Assembly: GCA_033442325.1 (NCBI GenBank)
Contig: JAWQFM010000001.1
Span: 2,378,973 to 2,442,972, forward strand
DNA from: Salpingoeca rosetta
Lineage: Eukaryota > Protista > Choanoflagellata
Length of the DNA: 64,000 nucleotides
Direction: 5' to 3'
The notes beneath the pieces were generated by a model. That model searched no databases. It was not told the origin of the DNA and saw only the letters and a list, made by a program, of their open reading frames with translations. The stretch's first letter is position 1. Every line of letters starts with the position of its first letter. Shown one piece after another: positions 45,891 to 60,615 of the stretch. Both the position numbers and the translations under genes were made by a program.

Positions 45891-48798
45891 CTAGAACATG
45901 GTGTGCTGTGGGAGGCTGTGCTGCGCGTGCATGGGGGTGGGTGGCGAGTCCGTGTGCAGCATGTCCAGAAGCGTTGGTCGCTGGTACCGAGGTCGCTGCT
46001 GGCGCGGAGGGGGCGGGTCGCCACCAAACCCAGCATGCCGCCGCTCGCAATGCCGCGGGTCATGCTCTGGGTGCAGGCGGCGGCGGTGGTGGTGGTCGGT
46101 GAAGCCATACGGAGCACCGACGCCGTCATTCCCATGGGCATGAGGTTGCTGCTGCCGCTGATCATGTTGATAATGTTGATGTTGATAATGTTCATGCTCA
46201 TGATGAGGGGGATGGTGATGAGGCGGTATGCGGTACGGATCCGCACTCGTCCGACGCACATCGCCGTCCCATCTCATGTCGGGGGCGTGAAGCGAGCCCG
46301 CGTGCTGGCTCCGCCATGAGATCAGTGGCTGCTCAGCGCTGGGCTGCGGGTGTTGTATTGAGTGCTCAGCAAAGAGCGAGTAGGAGGAGGACGACAGATG
46401 CGGAGCATACGCGGGCGCAGCAACGGCGTGGCCTTGTCCCTGGCCCTGGCCCCGACTGCGGCTGTGCAGGTGGTGCGGGTGATCTTGAGCGTGGTGGTCG
46501 GCGGCGTGTGTGTGCTGCCAGTTGCGGCTGCCGGAGGGAAGGGGGCGGACGATGGTGAGCCCTGGTGAATGAGCGCTGGTGCTCAGGTCCTGTGGGGATG
46601 CAAAAGCGTCGCACTGCCCGCTCTCGCCTGCGGTGTGCACAGACGGCCAATCAGACACGATGGCCGGCCCACCCTCCACTTGTGGTTCTGGCACCGACTG
46701 TACGGGTTGTGCTGCTGCAATGTGTGTGTGTGTGCGTTTGTCATTCCGTTGTTCATGACCACGCTCAGCGTGAGCGAAGCAGCAGCAACAGCACCGCACA
46801 CACACACACACACGCACACACACACAGATGGAGTGCATGCACACGCGTCACACAACAGAATGCGCGCATCGCACGGTTGAATCCATGCATCAAACAGTTG
46901 ATACATGCATCACACGATCATGTACATGCATCACACAATCATATACATGCACACAGTCTCTCTTGCACACGCCCTCAAGGTATGCATGAAAGAGAACACA
47001 CAAAGGAGACGACGTGGTACACGCACCGGTACTGGAGGCGAGAAGACGCTGCGTGATGACAGGCTGATTTTCGTGCTTGCTCCTTTCAACAGCAAGCGTG
47101 AGTAACGCAGACACAGCGCGATGCGCCGAGTCATATCCATACAGTGAATATTCTGTCCACAGCAGTGCGCGTGTGTGCGGTGAAGAATTGAAGATGAGGC
47201 CATGGTGTAAGTAGATGCGGAGAAAGAAGCGCGACGCACACAGACACACCACATATGCGCACAACGCGCGCGCGCACACACGCAAGCACACACACAAGTA
47301 CACACGCAAGTACACACGCACAAACACACGCAAGTACACACGCACAAACACACACACACGCACAGACACACGCAAGTACACACACACAAACACACACACA
47401 CATACACACACACACACAAGCATGCGCGCTAGTGGAGTAGCAATACCATTCTCGTCGCCGATGAGGGAGCGACGCAGGGCGTCTGAGACAGCCTCCAAGA
47501 AGCGAGCAACCCTGTTCGTGCTCTCTGTTGTCGCGCTATCGTCATCTGCGGCTGCAGGTTTGGCTGGTGCAGCCCCCTCCTGCCCTGTTTCCGGCGCAGC
47601 GGATGAAATGGGGTGCGGCGCAGGCGTGTCAATGCCAGCTTGCTGCTGGTGCTGTGGTGGGCGTGGTAACGCAGCTGCAAGCCGGACGTCAATTGCGGAC
47701 TGTGCCGCAAGCAAGTGCTGGGAGTGCAGCTGCTGCCGTGCGCCTCGGTGGTCAGAGCTGCCATCTCCTTTCAGCAGACATGTTGACGACGCCTTCATGT
47801 GATCTGTGATGCCACGGCGCCCAATCGTCAGCCGCTTCGCTGTCACCTTCCCAGCGGCAGTTGCCTTTCGGTGCTGCATGCTGCTGTGTTGTGTATGTGT
47901 GTGTGTGCGTGTGTGTGTGTGTGTGTGAGTGAGTATGTGAGTATGTGCGTGCGTATGTGTGCATGTGTGAGTATGTGCGTGCGTGTGTGTGCATGTGTAT
48001 GTGCGTGCGTGTGGGTGTGCGTGTGTTTAGGTTTGTGTGCATGCGTTTTGGCCCGTGTGTGAGTGAAAACAAATGGGTGTGAATTGTGTGTGTGTGTGTG
48101 CATTTGTATGAAGATGAGTGCACGCGCGCGTGAACGACAGGTGCTGTCAGACAGGGCTCATTGCGGTTGAAAATAGGTGGCTACCTGGACGACTGCGCTG
48201 CGACGGGGGCGACGAAGATGTGCCGGGCGGGCGCGGCGTGGTGGTGTCGTGGACGGTAGCTGGATTGGCTGTGCCTGGACGTGTGTGCATGACGAAGGGG
48301 TGCTCCATGGACGCTCTGCTGTGATGAGTGGTGTTCGGTGGGGTGCACTTCGTCCTGTTGAGAGTCACGATGCGAGCGCGGACGACGACGCCTGCGACGG
48401 CGACGAGATGTGGTCTCAAACCCTGACGCATGGTGACGCCGACCACTCTGCGAACTGCCTGAATCGTCCTGCTGCGACTCGCGTCGCTTGTTGCGTCGAG
48501 GTCGTAGCCGTCCTCGCCAGCGTCGAAGCCCTTGATCTGTCTCCTGTCAACATCGTTCACCGAATTACGTTTGTTGGTGTCCGCGCGGGGTGGAGGCAAC
48601 ACACGGTCAACGCACATCCGGTCACAAGCATTGCTGTTGTGGTACGCAGTTGTGCCAGACAAGTGTGCGCAGCTGTCTCCGTCTCACTGCACCAAAAAAC
48701 ACACACATGGACACACACACACACATGGACACACACACACATGGACACACACACACACACACATGGACACACACACACACATGGACACACACACACAT

Positions 48799-48869
<71 letters not shown>

Positions 48870-49327
48870 CGGCAAGTGGGGTTGGCGCCAAAGCGGGAAG
48901 GCATTGTGCAACGCACATCCGACGTAACGTGGCGGTTACCTTGTTTTCCTCATTGGACTCTTTCCCTTGATCCTTGGTGCCTCTGTGGTGGGATGCGGCC
49001 GTACTCTTGGTGGTGGAGGAGCGCCCAGGATATGGATCAAGGAGCGGAGCAAATGCTTCCCTGTCAACGCCGTCATCCAGTGCAGGGGACGGCACAGCCC
49101 CGACATACCGTCGTCGCCCTAAAACAGGAACACAGACACGGAGGCGGTTGAATGACCACATGATGACATGACCACATAAGCGCGGGCAGAAGCCCTGTGC
49201 TGCTGTATTGCCTAGAGCGTCCACGCCAAGCACAAGCAGGCTGGAAACAATCGTTGCACACGAGCAAGCAGCATGTTATCAATTTGTCTCAAGAGCGCAC
49301 ACACACGCACACACCGTCATCATCCAT
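45891..49327 (-). CDS. Hypothetical, largely disordered His/Gln/Arg-rich protein, about 6 exons
   Basis: Phase-consistent GT-AG joins: MDDD|[16 protein letters not shown]|[17 protein letters not shown]|[29 protein letters not shown]|[23 protein letters not shown]..|[13 protein letters not shown]. No family recognised. Confidence 0.6.
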
Positions 49328-50199
49328 CGCTGCTTCCTTCTTGCGTGGGCCCTTTGGTGGTTACCGCTGCGCGCTGTCGTTGGTGAATCACTCTCCCCTC
49401 CCTTCGCTACACCCACGCTCTTTGGCTGTCAGCCAGCAAACTCGCACGCTTCAATGTGCGTGCAGTACGCCAACAACACGACGGGGAACAAGGACAGAAA
49501 AGACCAAGCCGGGAAGATGAGCGCGGGAAGACATTGAAACACACACACGCATACATAGAACAGTGGCGCCAGCTGCTGCAAACACACACAAAAAAACTAG
49601 GAAAAGCAAGGCGACGACACCAACAAAAGTCGTGCGAGTACCTGCATGGTGGCTGCCGCTGAAACTGAAAGCAGGGAGCACACACGCACACAGGACGAGA
49701 AGCAGTGAACGCGAGAACGCGGCAGCAGGCAGGGCAGCGCGCACAAACATCATCGCGTTGGTTCAAAGTCTTCCCGCGCTTTCACATCGATTATTGAGGC
49801 GAATCATTCACAACTCTTCCACACTTACTCGGCAACTGATTTCAGTCGTGGGAACAGGCAGCGGATACGAAGCAAAACAAGAAGAAGGGAGAAGAGAAGC
49901 AAACACAGCAAGCAGCCACCACAAGTGCACACAAGAGAACGCAGCGCGCACAGGTGACCAAAACAGGCTGAGACGAGCACGACCTGCCAAACCAGCACCC
50001 GCAAGAACCGGCCAAGACGGAGCAAGGGAAGCAGAGGCTGGGCGCTGGGGCAGGCTTCGGCGCGTGGGAGGGCGAAGACGACCGACGCGCCGCCGCCTTT
50101 GGAGCGCACGCTGCCGAGCTTGCGGCAGAGCGAGGTGAAGCACACCGACACAGCCATCCAGGAGCACCGGCGACATTTTCAGAGGCAGTACGCGCAGGC

Positions 50200-50580
50200 A
50201 TGCCGAGGCGAAGGGGCCCGATGTCCAAGATGCAGCTGATCGGCCTTTTCCTCTTCGTGGCTGGCCTGATTGCCGTGTTCTTCTCCTTTGAGGACCCATG
50301 CCCAAACCCAAGAGTTGCAGCAGTCGCTGAGGGTGGAAACACGCAGGATGCATTGGGGAGTGGAGAGGCTGAGTGCAGCCGCAGCGGCCGTAACTTCTTG
50401 TTGGGGTCCGGCATCATTATGATCCTCCTGTTTTGCTGCTGCCCAGCGTTTGCGTTGGGAGACGCGCGTCCGTTCTACGAGCAGTTCCCCTGGCTTCGCC
50501 GCGCCATGAACCGAAGAAGACAGAAAGCAGACGGCACATACCGTGCCCACGCCGCCAGCTTGAAGGAGCAGCACCTCTAG
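50200..50580 (+). CDS. Small intronless two-pass membrane protein (126 aa)
   Basis: Two hydrophobic segments (LIGLFLFVAGLIAVFFSF; FLLGSGIIMILLFCCCPAFAL), a loop with two Cys, basic N- and C-terminal tails, non-repetitive sequence. Confidence 0.7.
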   Translation: MPRRRGPMSKMQLIGLFLFVAGLIAVFFSFEDPCPNPRVAAVAEGGNTQDALGSGEAECSRSGRNFLLGSGIIMILLFCCCPAFALGDARPFYEQFPWLRRAMNRRRQKADGTYRAHAASLKEQHL

Positions 50581-50833
50581 GAAAACCCTTGTGCGATACT
50601 TTTGTAATGTCGCTGTGTGTATGTGTGTGAGTGTGTGTGAGTGTGTGTGTGTGTGTGGGTGTGTTCGGTTTTGGATTGCTTTGAGCTTTCAGGTCCTTGA
50701 TGGTTAAATTCAGTGGGCCACTCACAACGCTATGTTCCCCCAAGTTAGCGAGAAGTTGCCACTTGTGTGCGTGTTGGAGCCTTTCAGTTCTCCTTATGTG
50801 TGTGTGTGCGTGTTGGAGCCTTTCAGTTCTCCT

Positions 50834-50877
<44 letters not shown>

Positions 50878-51023
50878 CGGGCTCGTCGCATGGGTTATCG
50901 TGGTCGTTTATGCGTCAGTTTGAACAAGCGCCCAGCATAACAAACATGAGAAGCATCGCAGAACAGCAACTGCCTAAGCAGACAACGACAAACTACATGT
51001 GGAAGCAGCTACGCATACGTGTG

Positions 51024-51752
51024 TCAACAGCGCTCAAACACCTGCATCGTCACGCGTACAGGAGATGTGGGTGAGGTGGTGTGTGGGAATGTCGTGGAAG
51101 CTCAGCAGCAAATTGGCAACAGAACAAGACAGTTTGGGGTGGAGTTGACGTGCAAATGTGTGTGTGTGTGTCTGTGTGTGTGTGTGGGGGGGGGGAACAT
51201 GTGAATACCTCTCTCTCTCTCTGTCTCTCTCTCTGTCTCTCTGTCTCTCTGTCTCTCTCTGTCTCTCTGTCTCTCTCTCTCTCTCTCTGGTTCACACATA
51301 TACGCGTGCACACACAATCTCTCTCTCTCCGCCTCTTTGTACCTTGTACAGCTCCTTGAGATCAGCAATTTGCACAATTGCGCCCTCGTCTGCGAGGGAG
51401 CGCGGAGGGAAGAACATCGACCGCAGTGCAGGCGCCACCGCGTGCTCAATCTTCACACAGCACACAGTCCAACATGTGAAGTGTGTATGTATGTGTGAGA
51501 GTGTGTGAGAGAGCAAGTGTGTGGTGTGCGAGTGAGTGTGTGTGAGCAAGTGTGAGTGTGTGATGCGCGTGTGTGAGTGTCACGTATACATGCAGTATCG
51601 TCCCATGCAAGTGCAGGCAAGCCATCAACAGTTGCTTACCAGCCAGGATACGGGCTTGCTCGAAGGATCGTCGTCCTTCAACAAGAGGCAACACCGTGGA
51701 GTTAGCACGTGATGCAACGAACACACACATGCACACACACACACATGCACAT

Positions 51753-51810
<58 letters not shown>

Positions 51811-52045
51811 GCGCTGACGGCAAAGCCCCTGACCAAGCAACACCGGCTGTTCATGCAAGGAACCACCACGCCAATACCTGCACATTTGCGCCGTCGCCCC
51901 GCTGCTCCTTGTCAAAACTTGCATAGAACCTCCTGTGGGCGGGGGTGGTCGTTGCGTGAGCTGACTACTGAACAGCTCATGCGCACAGAGATGCAGCAAC
52001 CAGCTGGCACATGCTTGGCAATGCCACAGCCGAGCACCAACGAGC

Positions 52046-52120
<75 letters not shown>

Positions 52121-53605
52121 ACCACGCACCCGATTTCCTGTGCGACGGTTTCGAAGCATCGCTTCTCGTCGTCCCAGTCAACCTCCGTCGCCAAGCGTAG
52201 CAGGAACGTGGGCACGCGCGTCATATCTGGGGTGTGGCCGTCCAGCAGCGCAGGTAGCCGCTCCAGCTCTCCGTCCTGCGCAGTGCGTGGTGTCGTGCCG
52301 TGTCGGTTGAGTGTGGGTGTTGTGGTGTGGTATTGCGGTGGTGTTGTGGGTGTGGTGGTGTGATGTTGGTGTCACTTCAGCGTGTACAGGAATAACCATG
52401 CTCCGCACGCTTTCACAGCGACCACACATTCGACAAATGCGACTGTCCCTCGTGCCATGCCACCACTACACGCATGCGCCATACCTGGTTTACGAACAGT
52501 CCAAAGTATTCGCTCAGCATCTCCGCCTTTTCCTTAAGGAAATCGGTGATAAACTGAAACAACGCAGCACGCCGCAACATGCGTGAGTGTGTGTGTGAGT
52601 GAGTGAGTGAGTGAGTGAGTGAGTGAGTGTGTGTGTGTGTGTGTGTGTGTGAGTGAGTGCGTGTGTGTGTGAGTGAGTGAGTGTGTTTGGTACCACCTCT
52701 GCGAGCTGGGGTTTTGGTCCGTCCTCGGGCTGCCAGTTTGCGTCGGGACTGAAGCGACGGTGGAGCAAAACAAACGGTTCAAGTGGAAGGTGACGATTAG
52801 CAGTGAAAGCAGATGATCAATCAGCAGGGAAAGTGAACTTCACACACATGCACACACAGACACAGACACAGACACAGACACACACACACACACACACACA
52901 GACACACACACACACACACACACACCTGTCAAGAGCGGCGAGGATGAGATCGTAAACGGGCGCCGCGGGATTCAAATTGAGACTGCTCATGTCCCCAAAC
53001 CCGCGCAGGCAGAGCTGGCTGAACAGCACCCGACTGGTCACCAGGAATTTATGCACACACACACACACACACACAATGAGGGGCGCAAGGTGGCGAAGGC
53101 GGGGTGATGTGGACAAGAACGCACGAGGCAACAGAGCAAACAAACGTGGACCGACAAAGAACACGAGAATAATACACACACACACGCACACACACACAAA
53201 CAAACAAACACACACACACACACAAACAAACAAACAAACACACACACACACACACACACACACAAGGATGCTTGCACGCACCAGACTTCTGGTAGTTTGA
53301 TGAGGTAGAGGTGCCGCTATCACAGACACGAAAGCAATCGCAACAATGGCATGACACAGGTGTGAGGGCAAATGTTGCCAGTCACATTGCACGACCCCTG
53401 CAGGCACACATATATACACACACGCAACACACACGCACACGTGGACTCAAATCACCTCACAACAGGTGGAAGCACCACGGCATGGATGTCACGTGGGTGT
53501 GGGCAGCGTACCTGGTGCTGCAGCAACAACAGCTTATCCTCAACAGAACCAACAAAGACGTGTTCCCTGAAAATGGACCGCAACACTGCCAATGGCCCAT
53601 GCGTG

Positions 53606-53649
<44 letters not shown>

Positions 53650-54978
53650 AACTTGGTATGAGATGTTGTACAACGACAAGGCAGGAGGTGCATGAGTCAG
53701 CTACTGCACGCGATACACCCACGCAGTGCTCGCGTATTCATGTATGTGAGTGTGTGGAGTTGTGAAGACAGACCAGAGTGCTGGTTCTCAACAAAGGCGT
53801 CGCGCAGCTCAAGGATGCTCGTCAGTTGTGTGTGCGATTCCGGCCACGGTCGACCAACACTCGCCGCCCTGAATGCAGCGCACAAGCACGCACACGCACG
53901 CGCACAAGCACGCACACGCACACACACACATATACATGTGAACATGCGGGAATGCAAACAAATTCGTGTCCGCAGGAAACACACGTATGCACACACACAT
54001 ACATGGCCTGCACTCACGTGTTCCCGCGCTGCTGTGTTTGTGTGCACGAATCGGACATCTGGTCCTGCTCGCCGCTGTCAATCACAACAACATCGCTGTC
54101 CTGTGTGGGCGTTGCTTGTACATCCTGCGAGACACAGCCATCACCATCACCATCGTCACCGTCATGCCGCATGTGTGGCCGCTTGATCGGCGGCTGCGAC
54201 ACGTCCCCCGATGACTCATCACCATCGCCGCCATCCCGAGCCACGTGGGCGCGTTGGCCGCTTGCACCCGTGTGCGTCGCAGTTGCAGAAGTAGTCGAAG
54301 TCGTAGTCGTTTCAGCACCAGCAGGTGTGGTTGTCAGCTGCTTCTTCTTCTTTGTTCTTGGCCGCATCTTGAGTCGTATTGGATCCCATACCATCTCCTC
54401 CTCCTCCTCATCATCATCATCACCACCATCATCATGAGCTGTAGCAGCAGCAGTGGTGCTGGCGGTGATTGCCGATATGGGCGATGACGTGTTTGGGCTG
54501 CGCATGTTTGCACGCCCTGGCGTCGAGGCAGCAGCGATGGCGGGCGATTGCGACGCGCTCAAAAACTGCACGTCAACACACACACACACACACACATGCG
54601 GGCGCATTTGCGTTGGGGGATGGGGCGGGGGTTGGGTTGTGTGAGCACACATATGTGTGTGCGTGTATGTTTTTGTTTGTGCATGTGCGTAAGCGTGTGA
54701 TGTTGCGCATGCCAGTCACCATCAATCAACAGAGCAGCAAACTTCAACCACTACAAGCGTGTTTGTTACCTTGTCGAGTGTCTGCGACTTTGCATCTGTG
54801 CGTATGAGGTCGTGATCGTAAACGCGCGCGCCATCATCGCGCACGCCGCGCCGGCCTAGATGATGATGAAGGTGGTGGTGGTGGTGGTGGTGGTGGTGGT
54901 GGTGAAGTGAGAAAGGCGATGAACATGCACAAACGGCTAAGACGTCCAACATGCACACACGGCTATGACGTGACTTGT

Positions 54979-55023
<45 letters not shown>

Positions 55024-55225
55024 GGATGCTGCTGATGCTGGTGGTGCAGCGGTCGATGCGCGAGCAGCGCGTGTCTGTGCGGACTCTGTGCGAGCATCCA
55101 CGTCGTCTCTACCATCGCCATCACCGCTGGCACGCGCTGTTGCCGTTGCTGATGACGATGATGATGAGGAGTTGAGGAAATCACGAGGGCCGCTGGCGCC
55201 AGGCAGCAGCATCTGCACGTGGTTG

Positions 55226-55292
<67 letters not shown>

Positions 55293-55965
55293 CCAATGGC
55301 AGAAAAACCAATGAACATGCATGCATACTTCACCGCTGTGAGGAAGCAGGTGCACGTCCAACCTGTGTTTGAAACGTTCGCGACATGTTTCCGCCGACAA
55401 GACGCTTGCTCACGAGCTGCTGCAGCCGCTCCACAATGTCCTCCTGCAAACGCGCACACACACATGCGATACGCGCACACACAGTGGGTGGACGCAACAG
55501 CAGTGGTGAGACGAGCACCCAAATGCCATCAAGCACTGCTCGTGCAGGGGAACAATACAAGAAAGCGATGTCAAACACGCCACGACAGACAGAAATACAC
55601 AGGCAAACACCACCACCACCACCTCCTCCACAAGACACGGTGCGTGCTGCACTGCAGTGTGCGTTGGAAGTTACTGTGTTACCTCGTGAAGGAAGTGGAC
55701 TTCCTTCTTCGTCGGATGCACGTTTACATCGACGTGCTCGGGCTTAATCTCCAAACTGATGTATGCAAAGCAGTGGGTGTGACGCGGCAGGTAGGCGGCG
55801 TACACCGAGTCCAGCGCCTTGCGGATGTTGGTTGAGTGCACGGCACGGTGGTTGATGAACAGCAGCAGCGTCGGCTTCTTCACGCTGTAATTCGCGTTGG
55901 TGATGAAGCCGCGAACTTTGAACGCCAACTCCTCGTCAGCGTCCTCAATCTGCCAGTTTCAGTGC

Positions 55966-56052
<87 letters not shown>

Positions 56053-58212
56053 AGGTGAAGGGGAGAGAGAAAAGGTGACAACGCGAGCAAATGTGAGCAA
56101 AGGAGACAAAGTGCACACACACACACACACACACAGACATGATATGCAGTGGCGCAGTTGACGCTTGAGTGCATCCGCTGTCGCACCTCGAGCAGCTCGT
56201 TGGCAACCTTCGACCCGTAAATTGCAGCAATGTTGTCCCGCTGCACGCACACACATGCACACATGCACACACATGGGGATTGTGAGGAAACAAGTCATGG
56301 AGTTCGCTTGCGGCATGTGCAGCACAAGGCGTGTGTGTGAATGCGAGCACATGAGCATGTGAATTGGTTGGCCAATTTCACCGTTGTTGCGCCTGGTGTA
56401 GTTCTGAGCAGAGGGCTGGTTTCTCCATGCTTCTTGAGTGACACCCCAACACCAGAGTTGTGCACAGCATACCTGCACAGCCCGCGACACCCGACATCGT
56501 GTCAGCGGGCAGACAGCAGGCACAGCCAGCTCCCACACTCACACATAAATGCACTCCATGTGCTCTCACCCACACTCACTCACCCACTCACAGCGACACA
56601 GACACACACACACGTTCACAAACACATACACAGACACACACACGTTCACAAACACATTCACACGTTCACAAACACATTCACACACACGAGTTTGAAGCCA
56701 GCGCTGGAACGGACCTCGACATGATGTCCATGATGCGGTTGAGCTCATCAGAAGGGCTTTTGAGGGCCCGGCGGCGCGTCGGAACATTGAAAAACAGATC
56801 TTCCACCTGCACACACACATGAACACACATACACACAAACACACAGACACACACGTGAGCACACACGTTGGTACACACAAGTGAACACATAGGTTGGTAC
56901 ACACGTGAAGCTCATTCTTGCAGCCGCGCGTATGCATGCGTTCAATCTCTCGCCACACACACATATATACACACACACAAATGAACACACACGTGAACAC
57001 ACACACACACACACACACGCACACGCGCGCCATGCTAACCCTGGCGCCCCACCGTAATCTGTGTGCCCTGGTTGCCGGCGCATGGCTTTGGGTCGCTGGG
57101 TTTGCCTGGTTTGGGTGGCGTGAGCTTGCCATCGCGATAGTGCGCCCTGGAAGAAAGAAGCAGAGAGGCACGGGAGAGAGGGAGGTGTGTGTGTGTAGAG
57201 GGAGCACTGAGCCACGGCTGCACAAGCATCCACACGCATGTCCACTCAATCACACACACACACTCTCTCTCTCACACACACACTCTCTCACACACACACT
57301 CACACACACACACATACTCTCTCTCTCTCACACACACACACACTCTCTCTCACACACACACACGCACGCACAAGCACCAACTTGTAAGCGCATGGGGAGT
57401 CCTTTGTGCGAGAGATGATGCTGAGATGAGCGACATGGGAGATACTGGCCAGGGCTTCGCCACGAAACCCGTGGGTGGCAATCGTTGTCAAGTCTTCAAA
57501 CTTGGTCAACTTGCTCGTTGTAAACCGCTCGCACACAATATCCATGTCCTTTCGCTGCAAGCCGGCATCGACAACCACCACCCATCGACACAGAACCCCA
57601 CACATGCATCACAACACGTCACAAGCAGAGTGTAAGAACAGGAGCGTGGTATGAGTGCACACGGTGATGTGCTCATCCTTCCATACTGCTCTCCACCCAT
57701 ACCTTCCAACCCATCACGCAAGCACACAAGCACACGAGCACACGAGCACACGAGCATACAAGCCCAAGCACGCTCTCGCCCTCCCCCGTGTCACTCTTCA
57801 AAGTCGGTACGTTGATGCCGTGCCCATCATCCTGAATCTGAAGCATCTTCAAGCCGCCACTCTTGACCACGACAGAGATGCTGGAGGCCCCGGCATCCAA
57901 AGCGTTCTCAAACATCTCCTTGATGGCATTGGCAGGCCGCTGGATCACCTGTAATAGCGAGGTGCACACGACGCATCTCATGCACCCGCATGAGACCAAA
58001 AGTGGCGCGGCTTGGGCCCCACCAAAGCGGCGCTAGCCATACACATGCACACACACACGCACACACACATGCACACATGCACACACTCACACACACACAA
58101 ACACATAAACACATGAGCTCGCACAAACATGAGCACAACACTGCACCTCGCCAGCAGCGATGCGGTTCACAACATCCTCTTCCAGCCGCACGATGCGCTT
58201 GGTCGTCGCCAT
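51024..58212 (-). CDS. MLH1: DNA mismatch repair protein MLH1, many exons
   Basis: VVNRIAAGE|[109 protein letters not shown]|VFERC*. Confidence 0.98.
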
Positions 58213-58890
58213 CGTCTCTCCCCATCCACACCACCAGCAGTGTTGTCGTGGTTGCCGCGGTGTGTTTGAGTGTGTATCAGCGCGCCAACAGTGCGGATTA
58301 ATAACGAAAGATACGCCCAGTCTTCCACAATCGCGCCGTTTTTTTCTCCTTGTTGGTGCTTGTTGTTGCTTGGCATGGAGGCTGTCGGGGGTGTGCTGCG
58401 CGAGGTGGCTGGGGAAACAGTGCAGCTGGCCAAGCAGGTTTGCTCGTTGTCTATGTGTGTGCATGTGGGTATGGGTGCGTGCACTTGTGTATGTGCACTT
58501 GTGTATGTGCACTTGTGTATGTGCACTTGTGTATGCATATGTACCTTTGTGTGTGTGTGTGTGTGTGTGTTCATGCTTCTGTGTCCCGCTCGTGTTTTGC
58601 CCCGCTCTGTTGGTTTGCTTGTGTTCATGCCAACGGCTCCGCTGCAATGGGGTGAATAGGCCATCGACAAGGCGGAAGGGGCAATCGGAGCAGCGTCAAC
58701 AACACAACAACACACGTTTCAAGGCTCTCCCTTCAACACTGAGGGGGCTGACAACAGCAGTGGTGACAGCAGTGGCGAGGGATCGCCCCAGAGGCCACCG
58801 CAACCCGATAAACGCCCATCGCACCCGACCCACCTCCGCCGTCGCGTGCCAATTGCGAACGTGAGAAGGGCTCGTGCTCGACCATCCCAG

Positions 58891-60284
58891 ATGGATCGGG
58901 CGCCGTTCAAGCCTACGCCCTCACACCAACACGCGATGGAAGACTCTTCATCAAGCGAAGCAGACACGGTTGCCCGCGAGGTACGCCAAAACAGACAACG
59001 CCTCTCTGATCTTCTGTGCTTTTGTGTGTGTATGTGTGTGTGTGTGCATGTGTGTATGTGTGTCTTTGTGTGAATTGACACTGACACGGGCACAACACTA
59101 ACTTCTTGAGTGATGCGCTTACTCACTGAACACCGCTGGCTTGTACCCCCAACAAACCGCCGTTACAAACACACACACATACACGTGTGGGCTGCAGGCT
59201 GCGCGATGTCGTGGAGAGAACCGGGGCTTGCGGGCTCAATTGCGGGTGCTGCGCAGCCAATGCATGGGCTCTGACCACATGTCTGCAACCCTGCTGGAAC
59301 GCTACCAGGATGCGCGCGAGGAGATACGGCAGCTGAGACAGCAGCTCAAGGCGTGTGAGTCCAAGACGAGCGCCGCCGCAGCTGTGCAGAAGCGCCTCAA
59401 AGTGGATAAGATGGCCAACCGAGAAGTGCACAGCACCATCTGCGCCCGCCTCGTCGACGCAGAGAAACAGGTGGCGGGCTTGCTTCGGGACGTGTGTGTG
59501 TGTGTGAGTGTATGTCTGTGTGTGTGTGTGTGTGTGAGTGTGTGTGTGTGAGTGTGTGTGTGTGCGTGTGTGTGTGTGTGTGTCAAGATCATGGTCTACA
59601 CATCGTGCGTTCACCAAGCTCAAGAGCGACGTTTACCACCTCCTCCCCACGTGTTGATCACGGCAGGTGTCTGAGCTGACGAACGAGCTGCACGACGCCA
59701 ACGAACTGCAGCGAAAATTGAGCGCGCAGCTCATGCAGACGCGCGACATGCTGGAGCGCGCAGAGATTGCTAACGACAACCTCACCCGCGTCTACGAACG
59801 TAAGCCGCCATCGCCACAGTAGCTGCTGCACCCGTGCGCTGTATTATTTCTGTGTCTCTGTGTCTGTGTCTGTGTGTCGTGACGACGCTCGTTGAAGCTC
59901 TTCTGTGCATACAGCTTGTCTCACATCCTTTGCTGAGCATTTGTTGCGGCGCTTTCCACATACCACACAGGAAAATGTGTCGAGTGTAACCAGCTCAAAC
60001 GCCAGCAGGAAACCGCAAAAGCATCAGCGAAGGAACAAAAGCAACTTGTAAGCAAACACGTGCTGTTGTATGACCAGATTCTTTGTGTCAACCGCGTCCG
60101 TACATGCGCGTAGTCCCTTCTTGCGTCATTTCACCCTGTGCCAATCTCCTGCGTATATGTGTACGTGTGCGCCTGTGTGTCTGTGCAGGTTGAGGAGCTG
60201 CGGGCGGAGGTGGCGGCGCTTCAGGCGACAAACGCGACCATGGAGCGCGCAATGACGAAACTGCACATCGACAACACCGCACTC

Positions 60285-60340
<56 letters not shown>

Positions 60341-60548
60341 TGATGATGATGAAGGGAAACAACCTTCGGGCGCTGACGAGTGCGAGGATCTACGTGCTGC
60401 GATCACGCGCCTGCAGTCCCAGAACAAAACACTGGTCGAAGAAAAGGAAAAGCTGTACGTTGCGCATGACGCTGCCATTGTGACGAGACTTGTGTGGTGC
60501 TTGTTGCCCGGCACCGTACACCAGCACTGTTTTGGTCCACACTCCAAT

Positions 60549-60615
<67 letters not shown>

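Noticed and set aside
49563-50138. 191-aa plus-strand ORF upstream of the 2-TM gene
   Set aside because: Non-ATG start, no protein-like features; probably promoter or UTR.
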